A stretch of 63,988 nucleotides of DNA, the filler included, from Collodictyon triciliatum (Eukaryota), in NCBI GenBank assembly GCA_043381765.1. It is 6 parts of 6 records of this genome, joined end to end, with 100 filler letters (N's around TTAATTAATTAA, not from the genome) between each part and the next. Parts side by side here need not be neighbours in the genome. Positions count along the whole stretch, not along the records: positions 1 to 10,700 come from JBHJMP010002593.1; positions 10,801 to 21,486 come from JBHJMP010002594.1; 4 more parts are not named here. One strand, written 5' to 3'. A model generated the notes under the pieces. That model saw nothing but the letters and a program-made list of their open reading frames with translations. It ran no database searches and was not told the origin of the DNA. The position numbers were made by a program, and so were the translations under genes. This document shows positions 1 to 13,710 of this stretch, piece after piece (the stretch's first letter is position 1; each line of letters starts with the position of its first letter).

Positions 1-198
1 ATAAAAAACAAAAAATAAAAAACAAAAAACAAAAAATAAAAAACAAAAATAAAAACAAAAAATAAAAAACAAAAAATAAAAAACAAAAAATAAAAAACAA
101 AAAATAAAAAACAAAAAATAAAAAACAAAAAATAAAAAACAAAAAATAAAAAATAAAAAACAAAAAATAAAAAACAAAAAATAAAAAAATAAAAAAAT
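1..198. repeat. A-rich simple tandem repeat (AAAAAAC/AAAAAAT units)
   Basis: Alternating aaaaaac/aaaaaat units seen directly; probably intronic, at the window edge. Confidence 0.95.
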
Positions 199-206
199 AA
201 TGACAG

Positions 207-1168
207 ACAAACTTCCCAATTCTACCTATCTTAATGTAACTTCTCTATCAAAAGAAATCAGTAATATGTGGGAGGATTTTGACACAAGTGGAGACGATTG
301 GTCTGAAATTGTTTCTCTATTTTACTCACTTTCAACATTCTTTGGTGGAATTCTGTGCGGAATCATTAGTGACAAGATGAAACATGTGAGTATCTGGCAA
401 TATGACCTGTTTATACTATGCTCACCAATCTCCATCTCTACTCAAATGAGTTTCTGAGTCAATGCATAATTATTTTTTTTATTTAAGAGAGATCCGCTTC
501 GAACTTTGGTTCTTTCAGGATTTATATCGTTTTCTGTGGTCAAGTAAGCAATAGATGGTGCTTGTACAAATAAGGATGTTTTCTTTTTTCAATAATACCT
601 ATATATTGCATCCGTATAATGGTTGGCAGTTTGTAAAATTATACTATATGGACAACTTATTCTGATTAATATCCTACTCTCAGTTTGTTAGGAATAGCTA
701 TTCTATTGCTGTTCCCTTCCAGTGATGACGGACTCAAAGTGTGTGAGAGTGTTTCTTAATTTTTTATACCTCCTTTCTTATTTGTTTTGGAAAAAGCCTA
801 GTTTATTCAGTTGCTTTTTTAACTTCTATTTCTGACTCATACTTCATATTGACGCAATGAGAAATTGTTTTTTCTCTCAGGTTTTATTCGCCATACTTGT
901 TAACAATGTCGCCTTAAGCTTCGGGTCCTACTTTACCTTGGTGAGTGGTGCAAAAAATACCGAACAATCGAATACAGCATGCCTCAGAATCTGTGCAGAA
1001 AAATGTTTTTTTTTTGTCTTTGTTTTGGTAGCTTAAATATATCGAACAAAATGAATATCAACCAACGATTCCTTTCTTTCATGTATTTGTTCGCGTGTTT
1101 TCCTAATATTTCTCTAAACAGTACCCAGTGATTGTCGGAGAAGTTTACGGTCACTCTAACTTCGGGAA
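207..1168 (+). CDS. MFS transporter (Nodulin-like/OFA-type), internal-to-C-terminal exons, partial
   Basis: GT-AG exons splice to ...SEIVSLFYSLSTFFGGILCGIISDKMKH / RDPLRTLVLSGFISFSVV / LLGIAILLLFPSSDDGLK / VLFAILVNNVALSFGSYFTL / YPVIVGEVYGHSNFG. G-x-x-SD loop and P-x-x-V-x-E-x-YG-x-x-NFG motif fit the MFS C-terminal half. Runs into the N gap. Confidence 0.65.
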
Positions 1169-1217
1169 GTGTGAGTAGATTCAGCAATCACATCACGTCC
1201 AATCAAATCACAATATT

Positions 1218-1834
1218 NNNNNNNNNNNNNNNNNNNNNNNNNNNNNNNNNNNNNNNNNNNNNNNNNNNNNNNNNNNNNNNNNNNNNNNNNNNNNNNNNNN
1301 NNNNNNNNNNNNNNNNNNNNNNNNNNNNNNNNNNNNNNNNNNNNNNNNNNNNNNNNNNNNNNNNNNNNNNNNNNNNNNNNNNNNNNNNNNNNNNNNNNNN
1401 NNNNNNNNNNNNNNNNNNNNNNNNNNNNNNNNNNNNNNNNNNNNNNNNNNNNNNNNNNNNNNNNNNNNNNNNNNNNNNNNNNNNNNNNNNNNNNNNNNNN
1501 NNNNNNNNNNNNNNNNNNNNNNNNNNNNNNNNNNNNNNNNNNNNNNNNNNNNNNNNNNNNNNNNNNNNNNNNNNNNNNNNNNNNNNNNNNNNNNNNNNNN
1601 NNNNNNNNNNNNNNNNNNNNNNNNNNNNNNNNNNNNNNNNNNNNNNNNNNNNNNNNNNNNNNNNNNNNNNNNNNNNNNNNNNNNNNNNNNNNNNNNNNNN
1701 NNNNNNNNNNNNNNNNNNNNNNNNNNNNNNNNNNNNNNNNNNNNNNNNNNNNNNNNNNNNNNNNNNNNNNNNNNNNNNNNNNNNNNNNNNNNNNNNNNNN
1801 NNNNNNNNNNNNNNNNNNNNNNNNNNNNNNNNNN
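1218..1834. other. Assembly gap (N run)
   Basis: Continuous N. Confidence 1.
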
Positions 1835-1971
1835 CGCCAACTATACAAGCCAACAAAAGAGTCTATACCACGTGTTGAAAAGGCGACGCAGCCACCAGGA
1901 GAGGCAAAACAACTCGAAGCAACACAGGAAAGCACTTTCCTACTTTTAATCCTGACTTCAACTGAGTAGCG

Positions 1972-3797
1972 ATGGCCTCGATCGATCCAGAGAAGCTCGA
2001 GACTGTTTACACCTGGCTTCGTGAAGTATACGGCGGAAATCAAGTACCGATCCTGCACGCTCTTGAGCATAGGCGCCCTACTTTCCTTGTTTCCTTTTTA
2101 ATTATCTACATTTCATCATCTCTTATTCTCTTTATCTCTTTATCTCTTTATCTCTTTGTTTCTTTATCTGTTTATCTGTTTATCATATCTTTATCTCTTT
2201 ATCTGTTTATCTGTTTATCTGTTTATCATATCTATCTCTTTATCTCTTTATCTCTTTATCTCTTTATCTCTTTATCTCTTTATCTCTTTATCTCTTTATC
2301 TCTTTATCTCTTTATCTGTTTATCATATCTTTATCTCTTTATCTCCTTTTCTGTTTATTTACTTTGTTTCTTGTTTATTTCATAACTCGATCTGACCCTT
2401 ATCATATAAGTGCAGATACCACGCTTTGAGGTGAATCAAAGGACAATCTCAATCCTCCTCCAACTTGCAGAGGCGCACCGCAGACGGAAGATCGAAGCAG
2501 AAACACACGCAGTGCTTTTGCAGAGGTTTGCACTCGAGTATGATGCTCAAGGTTTGGTTAATAGCGCCAATTAATATGTCCTCGTTATGCATGATGCATG
2601 GTAAAAACTTTCACCAACAAACATCCAAAAACATAAGCGAATTGCATGGAAAGAGTCATCGGAGCGGTCGGCGTCACCCCAATACACTTATCTCAATCGG
2701 GATTGTCTAGTCTGCGCTCTATCAGCTCACTCGCAAATACTTTGTCCCTGAAAGATACAGAGATAGGAAGGTGTGGATATCCTCCATTAATGAATTGCAT
2801 CAATATTTTCCGACAAAAAAAAATTAAAGATATGATTAAAATCACATAGAAACTGAGAAATATTATACTTTATTCAAAATACTTTTGATTTACCCTACGC
2901 TCTTAATGAGATTCCTTTAAGTTATGTAACGTGCGTGACTGCATAGTTTCTATGCAGCGCTCAATCGATTGACGAAAAAGCAAAATCAGCAGCAAAACAC
3001 CCTGGCGTGTCTAATAGAAAAGCATCGGAATCTTGAAAAAGAAGTCACAAAAGCCGAGAAGGAACGCCTTTCTATGGAAAAGTATCAACACTTGATAATT
3101 GAAATAATATATGTACATATTTACGGGGTCAACAATCCACATACATCATTTTTACTAAAATAATATTCAATAGTTACTTATCCCAACTTCGGGAGAGGAA
3201 GCCAGCTGAAGAACAAGAGAACACTTCAAGGAAGAAGGAAATCCAGTACCTTTCACAGAAAGGAGATGACTATTCCAGTCGCATTTCATCCTTAAAAGTA
3301 ACGGATAATTCATTCATTCAGCCTTCCATTTCCCTTGTATTTTATTTCGATATCATGTGCCTTTGCCGCAGTTCTAACCACGTTCATCATATGTAACACA
3401 CAACATCCCACACAAACCCAGTCACATCCATATATATAGGAGAGCTTACAAAAAGCTGGGTTCAGTTCAGACCTTGAGCATGGCACACTTGTGCAACAAT
3501 CGAGGAATATCGAGCATGGCATGCAATCCTTGGAGTCGACTCGCGAAGAATTGAGGGCATATCACGATCTTCCACCAGTTCCGCGCCCATACCAACGCAT
3601 CACCATATCTTTGTTCAGCAGATACATCATGCCACAAAAAGACATTTCTTCAAACAAAGCCTGCAAAATCATTTAATATCCTTGACATCTTTTAATAGGA
3701 TATACTGCTGGCCAAAGTGAAGCTGGAAGAGGCGCGGGTGCGGTTGCGGGATGTGGAGGCGCAGATATCGCAGAGTGTGGACGGGCTTGGGATGTAG
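1972..3797 (+). CDS. HAUS1: HAUS augmin-like complex subunit 1 (7 exons)
   Basis: Spliced: MASIDPEKLETVYTWLREVYGGNQ/IPRFEVNQRTISILLQLAE...EYDAQ/...SLANTLSLKDTEIG/.../ELRAYHDLPP/DILLAKVKLEEARVRLRDVEAQISQSVDGLGM*. WL..P.FEVN.RT and YHDLPPD..LA..K.EEA are HAUS1 hallmarks. Confidence 0.88.
2120..2350. repeat. (TTTATCTC/TTTATCTG)n repeat in HAUS1 intron 1
   Basis: 8-bp units seen directly. Confidence 0.9.
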
Positions 3798-4383
3798 CTC
3801 TGAGCAGTCATGCCTTCTGTGGAAATAACGGAATCTTAATGTGGAATACAGACGACTGCAACAGCTTTTTTTGTATCTCTTCTTTCTCACCTTTGACGAA
3901 ATCATCAAGAGTCGGATAATAACAAGAACTTGCGAAGCCGCAAGAAAACGCCACTCCCAAACAAAAGCTTGAAAGACAGGCCATGGGCTGAAGGCTGTCA
4001 TAAAGAGTCGACTGGAAACTCGCACGATATTTTCTACAGCCGATCTGTGTCAGAATCGCGGTTGGAGAGATGTGTTTATAACACTGTCCGATGGCTTTGC
4101 TTCCTTTTTTTTTTTATTTCTTTATTTCTTTTTTCTTTTTCCCTTTTTTTTTCTTTTTTTCCCCATCCGTCGTGCTTGCCCCGCCCTACTTATAAACGGA
4201 GCAGTCAATCCTCACATTTGCCAACAACACGCTCAAAGGCGAACGGAATAACACAGGTGCAGGCGTTCACTCGTCCGAAAGACCGATTCTCACCCGCCCG
4301 AAATCCTGCGAGAGTTCCGGAGACTTTGAGACTGCGAGAGACTGCGAGAGAGAAAGGCTGACTCCACCGATCGAACGCAACAA

Positions 4384-7300
4384 ATGAACCCGAAGGAAAT
4401 CCTGAAAGCATGCATCGATATATACCAGTCATTCCGACCAGCCTCGGTTACACTCGATACGCATATTGAGAAATGGCTTCTCGATAACCAGGTATGTATC
4501 ATCCTGATTTATTCCTTTCATTAAAATTGAAATGTTGATGTCTTTCATAAGAGATATCTGCTCAAATGAAACAGGTATTTGTTTTCATCATCATGCTGTA
4601 TCTTTCTCACCAGAGATTCACCATAGTCCTTTTTTTTTTTTTTACTTCGAACTCTACATGTCTTTTCTATGTACATATTGGTGATGCTGGTTGGGAGATA
4701 AATCTATGCCATATAATATTTTACCAATCAAACCATTCATCCAGATTACCACCGAAGAAGATTCTGGTTTCATATCGGATGTGTTCTATGGGTGTGTCCG
4801 ATACAAGGAACTGATTGATGTGAGAAAAAGATACATGATCAAAAAAATAGTGTCAATATAACAATACTGTTTCTAATATACTCAATTTGTATTCATCACT
4901 ATACTCTTAGGTTGTTTTGTCCAGCTTCTACTACAACAATCCCAGCATATCGAGAGCCGAGCGCGATGTCTACATGGTCTTCATTCACCGCTCTATTCTT
5001 CAAACTTATCACACCATTTGCTCACCCCTTGATATTCGCTGATATGTTTGTATTCGTCGATTTGAGTAGGTATTGACCTACTTGGCTGTTTTTCGTTTGG
5101 ATGACATCAATTTTGCATCTTACAAGAGGCTTGTTGCAGTGTACGATGCGCACAAAATGGCCAGTAAGCCGTCTCATTCTACAAGATTATGTGACACCAG
5201 CCCTCATTCCAATAAATAACATAGCATGATATATGGATATCATGTGTCTACTATTCTGTTATCATACTCGAAGTTTATAGCAATTTTTTTTTTTTTTTTT
5301 ACTCAGGCTTTTTGCGTTTCATGTTTGATGAAAAAAATCTTGAGGCTTGGATGAAAACCGAGTGGTACACTTTATACGACAGAAAATATGTCGACGTAAG
5401 TCTGGTGCTGGATATGGACAATTCTTGGCTGTAAAATTATTCATTCGTCTAAACTTCACACATTTAAGTGCACACATTAAAACACTATGAAAAAAATGTC
5501 CATGATTCAAAATATGTTGAATCTATTAAGAAATCTATGATATACACACAAAAAGGAATTTCTTGTGGCGAATGTAATCAAATACATACCTGATGCCGAG
5601 GAGCTATTACGCCAACTGGAGCACTCGTCCTTGAAAAACGAAGTATACTGGTCATTCATACAAATTTCATAGAGGTTGTGTATAAGAGCGTCATTTCCGT
5701 TCATAAACGTAATGTTTTATTTTTATTACACACTGCTCTTCTCCGAATATGCACTTATATTTTCCCCTCTTTACATAACAGTCTACAGAATCAGCAAAGG
5801 CCCTTCCTGTGACGCAGGTACAACCTTTTAACCTGACTCGGCCCAGAGTAAGAAAAATATCCGAGCCCGAGGCCATACCCGTTACAGTCAAAGTAAATGA
5901 TTAATGCGCACACCACTCAATTTTTCCATATAATCCACTGAGAATTACATACTTACCTTTACAGAGCATATATTTATCTATTTACCTAAATTAATTAATT
6001 TGTTCGTGTATTTGGTAAACTTCCACTTTTTGACCACGAACCATATAATGTGATTATTTCGGAATTTTATGAACAATGTTGGAGACTGACTCATCCCTTT
6101 TTTCTTCATTTTTTGGAATGAAATCGGAATGTAGGCCAAACCAGTGCCCCCTTCAACTTATGCTCGTGCAGATAATACAATTCAGGTTGTACACCGCATA
6201 TTATCATATTAGATTCAACATTAATACATGATATTACTTCAGTTTTATTTTTATGCATGTGTATTGCTCCCGATGTTTTATTGAACATAAACACAGACAT
6301 ATGACAACTGGAAATACTAAGTAAAATTGTCCAATTCAATTAGCTTCTGGAAAAAGCAAAGGAAGAGAACAAGGAATACATGAAACAGAAGTACGCAGAA
6401 TCTTCAAAACAGGTATGCTCATAAATCAATCGTGATGAGTGCCAAAAAATTTGTACATGCGAAATACTAATATGTGCCTATTCACTCTTTGTGCATTTTT
6501 ACAGCCATTTCAACTGAAGACGAGTGAGAGGCCAAGCAACGCAGACAAGGTGAACAGTTTAACCTTTTTTTTAAAGAAACTTTTTAAATCAAATATGCAG
6601 ATTAATTGAATTTATAAAGTTGAGATAATGGAATGCATCTTGTTCTTTCATTTAAAACGAAACATAAAAAAGAAAAAGAAATACAAAAACAAAAACAAAA
6701 AATAGGTAACAAAAGAGAACAAACAACATGATAATTAAAAAAATCCTTTTTTTTTTCACCTCTCTGTCCACCATATCAAAAGATAAGGGCAGAAGTAGAG
6801 GCAGCAAGACTAGCCGAAATGCAGCCCGAGAGGAAAAAATTGGTGAAAATGCCATCCGAGCCAGCGACTGTGCGACTCAACGCTGCCGCAATTCTGAGGG
6901 AGGATGCTGTATCCGACTATGTTTACAAATTCTTGACTAAATTATATTTTCTTGTTCAGTTAACAGCCAAACTATCATAGAATTTCTTATCTATACGTGA
7001 AGAAAACAATATGTATGAGCAATCAAATCCGTGCCTTTCCTCCAACTTTCTAGCATACAAAAATTATTCAATCATCTATGTTTTTTATTCTTAACTGAAC
7101 AAAGCGCTACAAGAAAAGACTGGAGGAAGAGGCTCGCATTATTCTAGACTATGAGCGTCATCTACGCGATGCATCTGCTTTCGATAGATGGAAAACGGAT
7201 ATGCAAGCTCTTGGTATTAATCGATCTTAAGGAAGTTCGATGAAACTGGCCAAATGATATAATTGACTCTGATTGCCACAGGACCACTTTTCCTCACCTT

Positions 7301-10300
7301 GTTGTGAATATTTTTCAATATGCGATACTCTGGTTAAACTTTCGGATAATAATCACAGATGATGAGAAAAGAGCAGCAGAAATTGAGAGGAGACGCATAG
7401 AAATGCAACTCAGCGCCGAAGAAGCTATCGAGGCCCGCAAAAGAAAAGAGGTTTTATGGCAATGACTCTCTTCATCTGATGTATAACCACACAAGTAATT
7501 AGTAATATTGAGCTGTTCCCTTCATTCACTAATGCAAGTGACCAATATTATGTTTTTAGGAAGAAAATCGAATTCTGGCAGAAAGAATGAAAGAACAGCT
7601 CCGTTTAGGGGCAGAACGACGAGAGCTAGAGGAAAAAGAAAAATTGGAGAAGAATAAGCAAGTTGTCGAGGTTTGTCTGATTTCTAGCCCACGGAAGATT
7701 ATCCTCTATTATCAATGTCGGGCATTATTTTTATTTTTTTTATTGTATTTGTCGTTATATGTTAACACGGTGTCATACTTTATGCTTTTATGATATCAGA
7801 CTATACCGATTGCTATAGGACCAAGTGAAGTGCCATAATGCATTAATGTTCCTAATTTTCATTTCTTAGACTGTTCAAGAAATACGTGAAAATGCTGCTA
7901 AAGTGAAAAAGGATGTTGAAAAGAGAAACATTGAAGAAGCAAAAGAAGTAAAAAGGTTTCAAGCAGAGTTGGAGAGAATGAAAAAGGAGGAGGAACGAGA
8001 AGAAAAATTAAAGTAACGGTTCAAATCCCTGAAATACCAAACAATCTTATTTCCCTATCTCACTCTTCCCCAATAATTTCTATTTTGTTAGCAACTTTTC
8101 GATATTAATATCATACATATAGAAATGCCAATAATTGTATCCATATAAAAATATAATCGATGTGCAGAAAGGAAGACTTGATTCGACAAATTCGTGCTTT
8201 GGAAAACGTCCCTAAGAGAACAGCAAAGGTTTGAACTCTGAACTCAACTTAGCCACCATTTTTTAAAACAACATCCATTTTGCATAAATCTTGGTACTAT
8301 AAGAGGTGAACCGTTCCTTGTCGAATCTTTCCTCGGTCTTAATCATAGCCCCGCAGTATTTCCTTGCTCCTCATATTCATAGCAAAACCTTAGGTAATCG
8401 ACCCGACAGAGACAGCAGGATATGGTCTGCTGAACGAGATGTCCATATCAGAAGTATTTATACCAATCGCTTTCATTCATACAAACATAAGCCATATACC
8501 CTGGTAGGAGACTAGAGCCATCAACGCGCATCTTTTATTAATATGAAGCGCCTAATTAGCAATTAACTTGATGATTAATCGAATGCTCATATAATTCTTC
8601 CTTTTTCCTTTTTCCTTTTTCCTTTTTCCTTTTTCCTTTTTCCTTTTTCCTTTTTCCTTTTTCCTTTTTCCTTTTTCCTTTTTCCTTTTTCCTTTTTCCT
8701 TTTTCCTAATTAGTTGCGCGAACGGTTAGCTCTTCAGAAGGTCAAGATAGAAGAGCAAAAAACAGCAAAGCGCCAAGAAATTCTATCCACAAAAAGGGAA
8801 AAGAATCAGGAACTCATGGAAAAAATGGAGCGTTTAGCCCGTATTCACGCAAAAGCAGAGGAGTCATTTCTAACACGGTTTGTGCAGGATGCAAAATATT
8901 CACTTATTTCCGTATTAGCTGAATGATTAGATTTATTCTTTGATTTACTTTAGAGCACCCAAATAACCCTTTCATACCCACGCAGAAAAGATCAAGAAAA
9001 AGCACAAGAGTCTCAACGAAGAGCTCAAGAGAAGTCACAGCAGGATGCTAAACTCGTTGAGCTTCAAGACAAACTGGAGGTTAAAAGACAAAGTAAAGCC
9101 TAAACAGCTCACGCGTCCTTTTCTTACCCGTCAATACTCTAGATACCATGCACAAACCTTGAGTAGAAAACACAACTTTAAGAAAACTCTCGTTGAGTAG
9201 AAATAGTTGACTCGAATAGAATTGTATTGTAATTTTATCACCACACACGATAGTTCGAAAAGCAGAACAAGAACGCCTTGCCGAAGAGAGGAAAGCCATC
9301 ATGCTGCAGAACCAATTTCTCCGGGCTGACAAAAATAACATTGAGGAGAAGAAGTTTGCTCAGCAAGAGAAAGGATTGGAGAGGGCAGCTCGACTGCGAC
9401 AGGTTTGCATCCCCTCCTTTTTTTCTCTTTCTGATATATATAATTTTTTCACCAACCTCGAGGATTATAGATATTCTTATCTTTTCTTTCTCTTTGGATA
9501 TGCTTACACGTGATAACAGAATCTTGCGCACAATCTAAAAATATACCATAGATGCAAGAAGCAGAAAATGTTAGGTTGGAAAAGGAGGTGAATATCATAG
9601 AACTTAACATAACAATCCTCTTTATTTTTAGAGTTGAAAATTGACAAAATACTAAATAATGAAATGTTGGTCTAGATCCAGGAAAAGGATACATCAATAA
9701 GAACCTTGTTGAGAACCAAGGAAGAAAAAGAAAAGAAAAAGATGCATTCGGTATATGATGAATCGTATGTATTTCATTTTAATATGTCATCCAAGATAAA
9801 AAAAAGATTCAGCTATACCATAGCTTATTCTAACATATCTGCCCTGTTTCGATTATGATAGCACATGTTAAGAGTTGGAAAAAGAATTTCTCCTCATCAC
9901 TTTATGTTCATCTTCATTCCAACATGTGTAGTGTGAGGCTGAAAACACTCGAATATAACCAAACTTTGGAAGATGAGCTACGTCGAAAGAAGGAAAGAGT
10001 GGAAAGTGAGCGTGCTCGTTCACCACCTCCCGCACGGGTGAGTTTTCATCAGAATGTGCCATAGTTAATCCGGAGTCTACCGGCCATTTTGTTGGTGTAT
10101 TTAATATTAAATTTGCCCTATTAAGCGCACGAGGCTACAAAATAATGAAAATCAATCATTTCATTATTGCAATAGGGTACACCGAGTCCAGGGCGAATTA
10201 CCAACAGGTCGACTGGTTCTGCTGAAGGTAAGCATGTTGTTCGGTGGCCATGTCACCCTTTACTCCCCTTGTATCGCATTTTTTTCTTCTTTTCGGACTT

Positions 10301-10314
10301 TAGTTAGGAGATAA
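4384..10314 (+). CDS. CFAP99: Cilia- and flagella-associated protein 99 (about 20 exons; 3' end approximate)
   Basis: Spliced: MNPKEILKACIDIYQSF.../FISDVFYGCVRYKELID/...YLAVFRLDDINF.../FMFDEKNLEAWMKTEWYTLYDRKYVD/...LNAAAILREDA/...DLIRQIRALE/...DPTETAGYGLLNEMSISE/LRERLAL, then a long K/E/R coiled coil. The motif order matches CFAP99. Confidence 0.82.
8600..8707. repeat. (CCTTTTT)n repeat in a CFAP99 intron
   Basis: 7-bp units seen directly. Confidence 0.95.
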
Positions 10315-10700
10315 AATTAAGCATATGAGAATCGATGATAATTATATATGATCTTTTATGTTATTCTTTCACATGCGACGCCATGCTCATAGATAGAAAC
10401 AAAATATTCGTTAACAAACAAAAAAAAAATGTTTGCCTGATTAGCAGTATCCTTAAAGTAACACTTTGCTTGTACGCTCCATTCTCTAGCAAAACGCAAA
10501 ACACCGGCAACAAGCAAGAGATCACCATCCCCATCACCACAGACGACTCTGAAACTTCCACTGTCTGCATAACAGGATGTGTAAAGCCAACCGAGCCAGC
10601 TAACGAAAAAAAAAGAAAGTGAAGAAAAAAAAGGCCGCAGACTTTGCTTCTGAGAACTCCATTCTTTGTATTGTTACCCAATTGAAAGTTTAAATAAAAG

Positions 10701-10800
10701 NNNNNNNNNNNNNNNNNNNNNNNNNNNNNNNNNNNNNNNNNNNNTTAATTAATTAANNNNNNNNNNNNNNNNNNNNNNNNNNNNNNNNNNNNNNNNNNNN
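10701..10800. other. Artificial scaffold spacer (44N-TTAATTAATTAA-44N)
   Basis: Six-frame stop linker between N runs; occurs 5 times in the window. Confidence 0.97.
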
Positions 10801-11120
10801 TTTTTTTGTTTTTTTGTTTTTTTGTTTTTTTGTTTTTTTGTTTTTTGATTCTGTTTAGATGTTTTGTGTTGATCAGTTTCTGGCCGCCTCGAGCAGCCCC
10901 GCACTTAAACAAAACCCACCCAACCCCTGCCGAAGATTGCAAGCACATTTTCCGACAAAAATGAGCCATAGGAAAAGATAAAAAAGAAAAAGAAAAAAGA
11001 AATCATGACACGCGGGAATTGAGAATAAAACAGCGGCAATTCGTAATAAAGTCTCCAGAGTATCCCATGGCCAAGCAGTCCTCTATTCGGCCTTATAGAA
11101 GCTGGTTGCCTCTGGCATAT

Positions 11121-13130
11121 TTATTGGCTGGGTGAGTGCTCCAGAGGTCGTTTTTGAGACATTATACGCCCAGCCTTTTCCACAAGGCATTGCCTCTGCA
11201 AGGCAAATATCTTTGAGCAGCCGTCCATACAGAGGTCCATAGCCTATATTGATGAATGAATTTAGAATTCGTTTTCAGTCGATGAAGAAAAACATATATA
11301 CTTTTCTTCTTTTTATCTTCTTTGCAAAACAGGCAGTCATTGGAAAACTTCAAAGCTTTCATATTATATTTTCGAACTCGGTCTTTTGCATCGAAACATG
11401 TTATGGAAGACGGTTGAAGATATCAGCAAAAACTGAGCAAAGTCACAGCATCTACCTCTGATATTTGCTGGGTCTCGAGAACCCCGTTCTGAACGAGCGC
11501 AGTAACCTATTTGGTGACCAAATGTAAATATTTATCAAAATTGATATGCTGCAAAGATAACATTCGCTGCATTTTTTGTGCTCCATCCACGAAAACAATG
11601 GTGAAAAATAGATAAAATAGAACCTCGTGGAGAGATGGCATCAATGCGAGGGTGAGCTGAGCTGATTTATTATGCTCCTCCATCGCGTTCGGATCCATGA
11701 CTATCGTAGAGCTGTCCAGGCATCCCTGATGTGTTCAAAAAAAAAATCTCATAATGAAATCGTTGAAAGTGTCTGAAAATGATACCATGTGTTTTACATC
11801 ATATTGCAAATTTGGATGATGAGGTATGTGATGCATTTTTTTTTTTGGCTTAATAGTGCTTTTTAGGAATGTGACATATCAAAAGACGTACCACTGAGCA
11901 TGAAGCCACAAGGTCGTATGTCTCTATTCCAGCATCAGACAAGGCAAGAGAGGCGCAGGTGATGGCGCCACTGAGAACCCCGCCGTCAGCTTGGAGTACA
12001 ACCACAAATATATCCAGAAGACACTTTGGAAACTTTTCAACCCGAACCGACGCTTGGATGGCTTGCTGGATTTGCGTCGATATTGTTTTCTCTTCATTGG
12101 TTTGATTCTGAAGAAAAGGTTTTGGAGGAACAAGAAAGAATTGAATATTAAAAAAAAAAAGCTTTTTGGGAATAATCCGATATGAAGTAATGATGAAGGG
12201 GAACATTTGCCTGTAATATCTATATGGCAGAATTGAATTGAATTGAAAAGAATGATGCGAATTCGTTACAATTCCCTTTGATTGGATAACTGACTTGGTC
12301 TTGCGCTTTCTTTCTCAATGGGCGGGCAAATGGTGCGTACGAGAACTCGCAATTGATTTTTCCAACATCACTAAAGTCATTTCCAGGTATTTGTCGAGGC
12401 CCGTATCTATTAACGTAAGAGAGAGGTAACCAAGCCTGAGTAAAGACTGGCTAATAAACTCGATTTGTTTGTCAAAGTGATTTAGTTAGATAAAAATGTT
12501 ATGGGACGCATACAGTATTTAGAAAATACTCATTATTGCACTGTGAAGTAAATACTATCATTATTCGGTTTTTTTTTAAAAAAAAGCCCTTCTTATCTAA
12601 TTACATGGAGCAAATTATTCTCGTGTTGTTGTTTTCGAAATAGGCAGAGCCTGTAGCTTGAGAGACAACTCCTGTCTTCATGACTAGGAAAGCATAGAAT
12701 TTAAAAAGAAAACCAAAGAAAAAAATTGTCTTTGTTAAGCTTCTATGCCCAGCTTTTCAAATGACTTTTCAAAATATAAAAAAAAATTAACTCTTCGACC
12801 GAATACCTTGAAGCTTTAAAATAGTAATAAAAATAATAGTAATAGTAATAAAGATAATAAAATTAAATGAAATAGTAAAAATAACAATAAATTGAACCAC
12901 AAAATACAATACAGTATGGGAGATATACGCAAAGAAAAGAGGAAGCGAAATGAAAAGATATGTCGGGTCAGCTCCTTACAAATGCTGCGTATGTGGTCTG
13001 GGCCTCTGCCGTCCAAGCGTTGATTGTTAGAGTCAAGCAGCACAGGTTTTTCTTGCTGCGAGGACAAAGACAGCGACGCTGTTCCCAAAGGTCGGCTTTC
13101 GGTTGGGCAGGTGATTGTATAGCGGCTCAT
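11121..13130 (-). CDS. Exosome complex RNase PH-like subunit, MTR3/EXOSC6 (RRP41-like) type
   Basis: Spliced: ...QRLDGRGPDHIRSI/...MKTGVVSQATGSAYFENNNTRIICS/...YGPRQIPGNDFSDVGKINCEFSYAPFA.../...VRVEKFPKCLLDIFVVVLQADGGVLSGAITCASLALSDAGIETYDLVASCSV/...VMDP.../AMDLCMDGC. RNase PH fold motifs; the subtype is less certain than the family. Confidence 0.88.
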
Positions 13131-13429
13131 CTACGTAGTTCCCTACTTTTTCTTTTTCTTTTTCTTTCTCTCTCCTTTTTCTTCTCCTTGAGCCTTAACT
13201 ACAGAACGTAGGCAGTTTATCATATTCGGAACTCTTACGTAGATGGCCGGGTCATTAACGGGAGGCAGTAATAGAGTGTGGTCTGTTTTTTCGATCACAA
13301 GCCGATCCGCTTTTGTTTCCAGTAAAAAGTCTTTCATCGCCTGATACTCCCAACTCTGTTCTCCCTGCTTCTTCTCTTGTCCTTTCTTTCATTTTTTTCT
13401 CCTTATATTTTTATTCCTTTTTTCTTTTC

Positions 13430-13540
13430 TTCTCTTTTCTTTTCTTTTCTTTTCTTTTCTTTTCTTTTCTTTTCTTTTCTTTTCTTTTCTTTTCTTTTCT
13501 TTTCTTTTCTTTTCTTTTCTTTTCTTTTCTTTTTTCTTTT
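13430..13540. repeat. (CTTTT)n repeat
   Basis: Seen directly. Confidence 0.95.
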
Positions 13541-13710
13541 CTTTTTTAAATCTTTGTTTCTCTTTTTTCTTCTTCGGACTTTCTCGATTATACATGAGAG
13601 CCATGTGTGCAACTTTATGCAGAAGCATTCTCGGCGGGTATTCAACCAGTGCGTTGTATGTGTCGCATTTGATACAGAGGCTGCGTGCTTGTGAGGCAGA
13701 GTCCAAGCGT

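Noticed and set aside
1132-2070. Long ORFs in the track spanning N runs (also 33607-34353)
   Set aside because: Artefacts of translating N as X
8016-8032. GGTTCAAATCCC resembling a tRNA T-loop
   Set aside because: Lies at an intron start with no cloverleaf upstream
10745-10756. Recurring TTAATTAATTAA palindrome as a biological motif
   Set aside because: Always centred in 44N flanks; a standard six-frame stop linker
13313-13706. F/S/L-rich or K/R/E-rich ORFs (also 36906-37312, 40020-40445, 48290-48526)
   Set aside because: Translations of microsatellites
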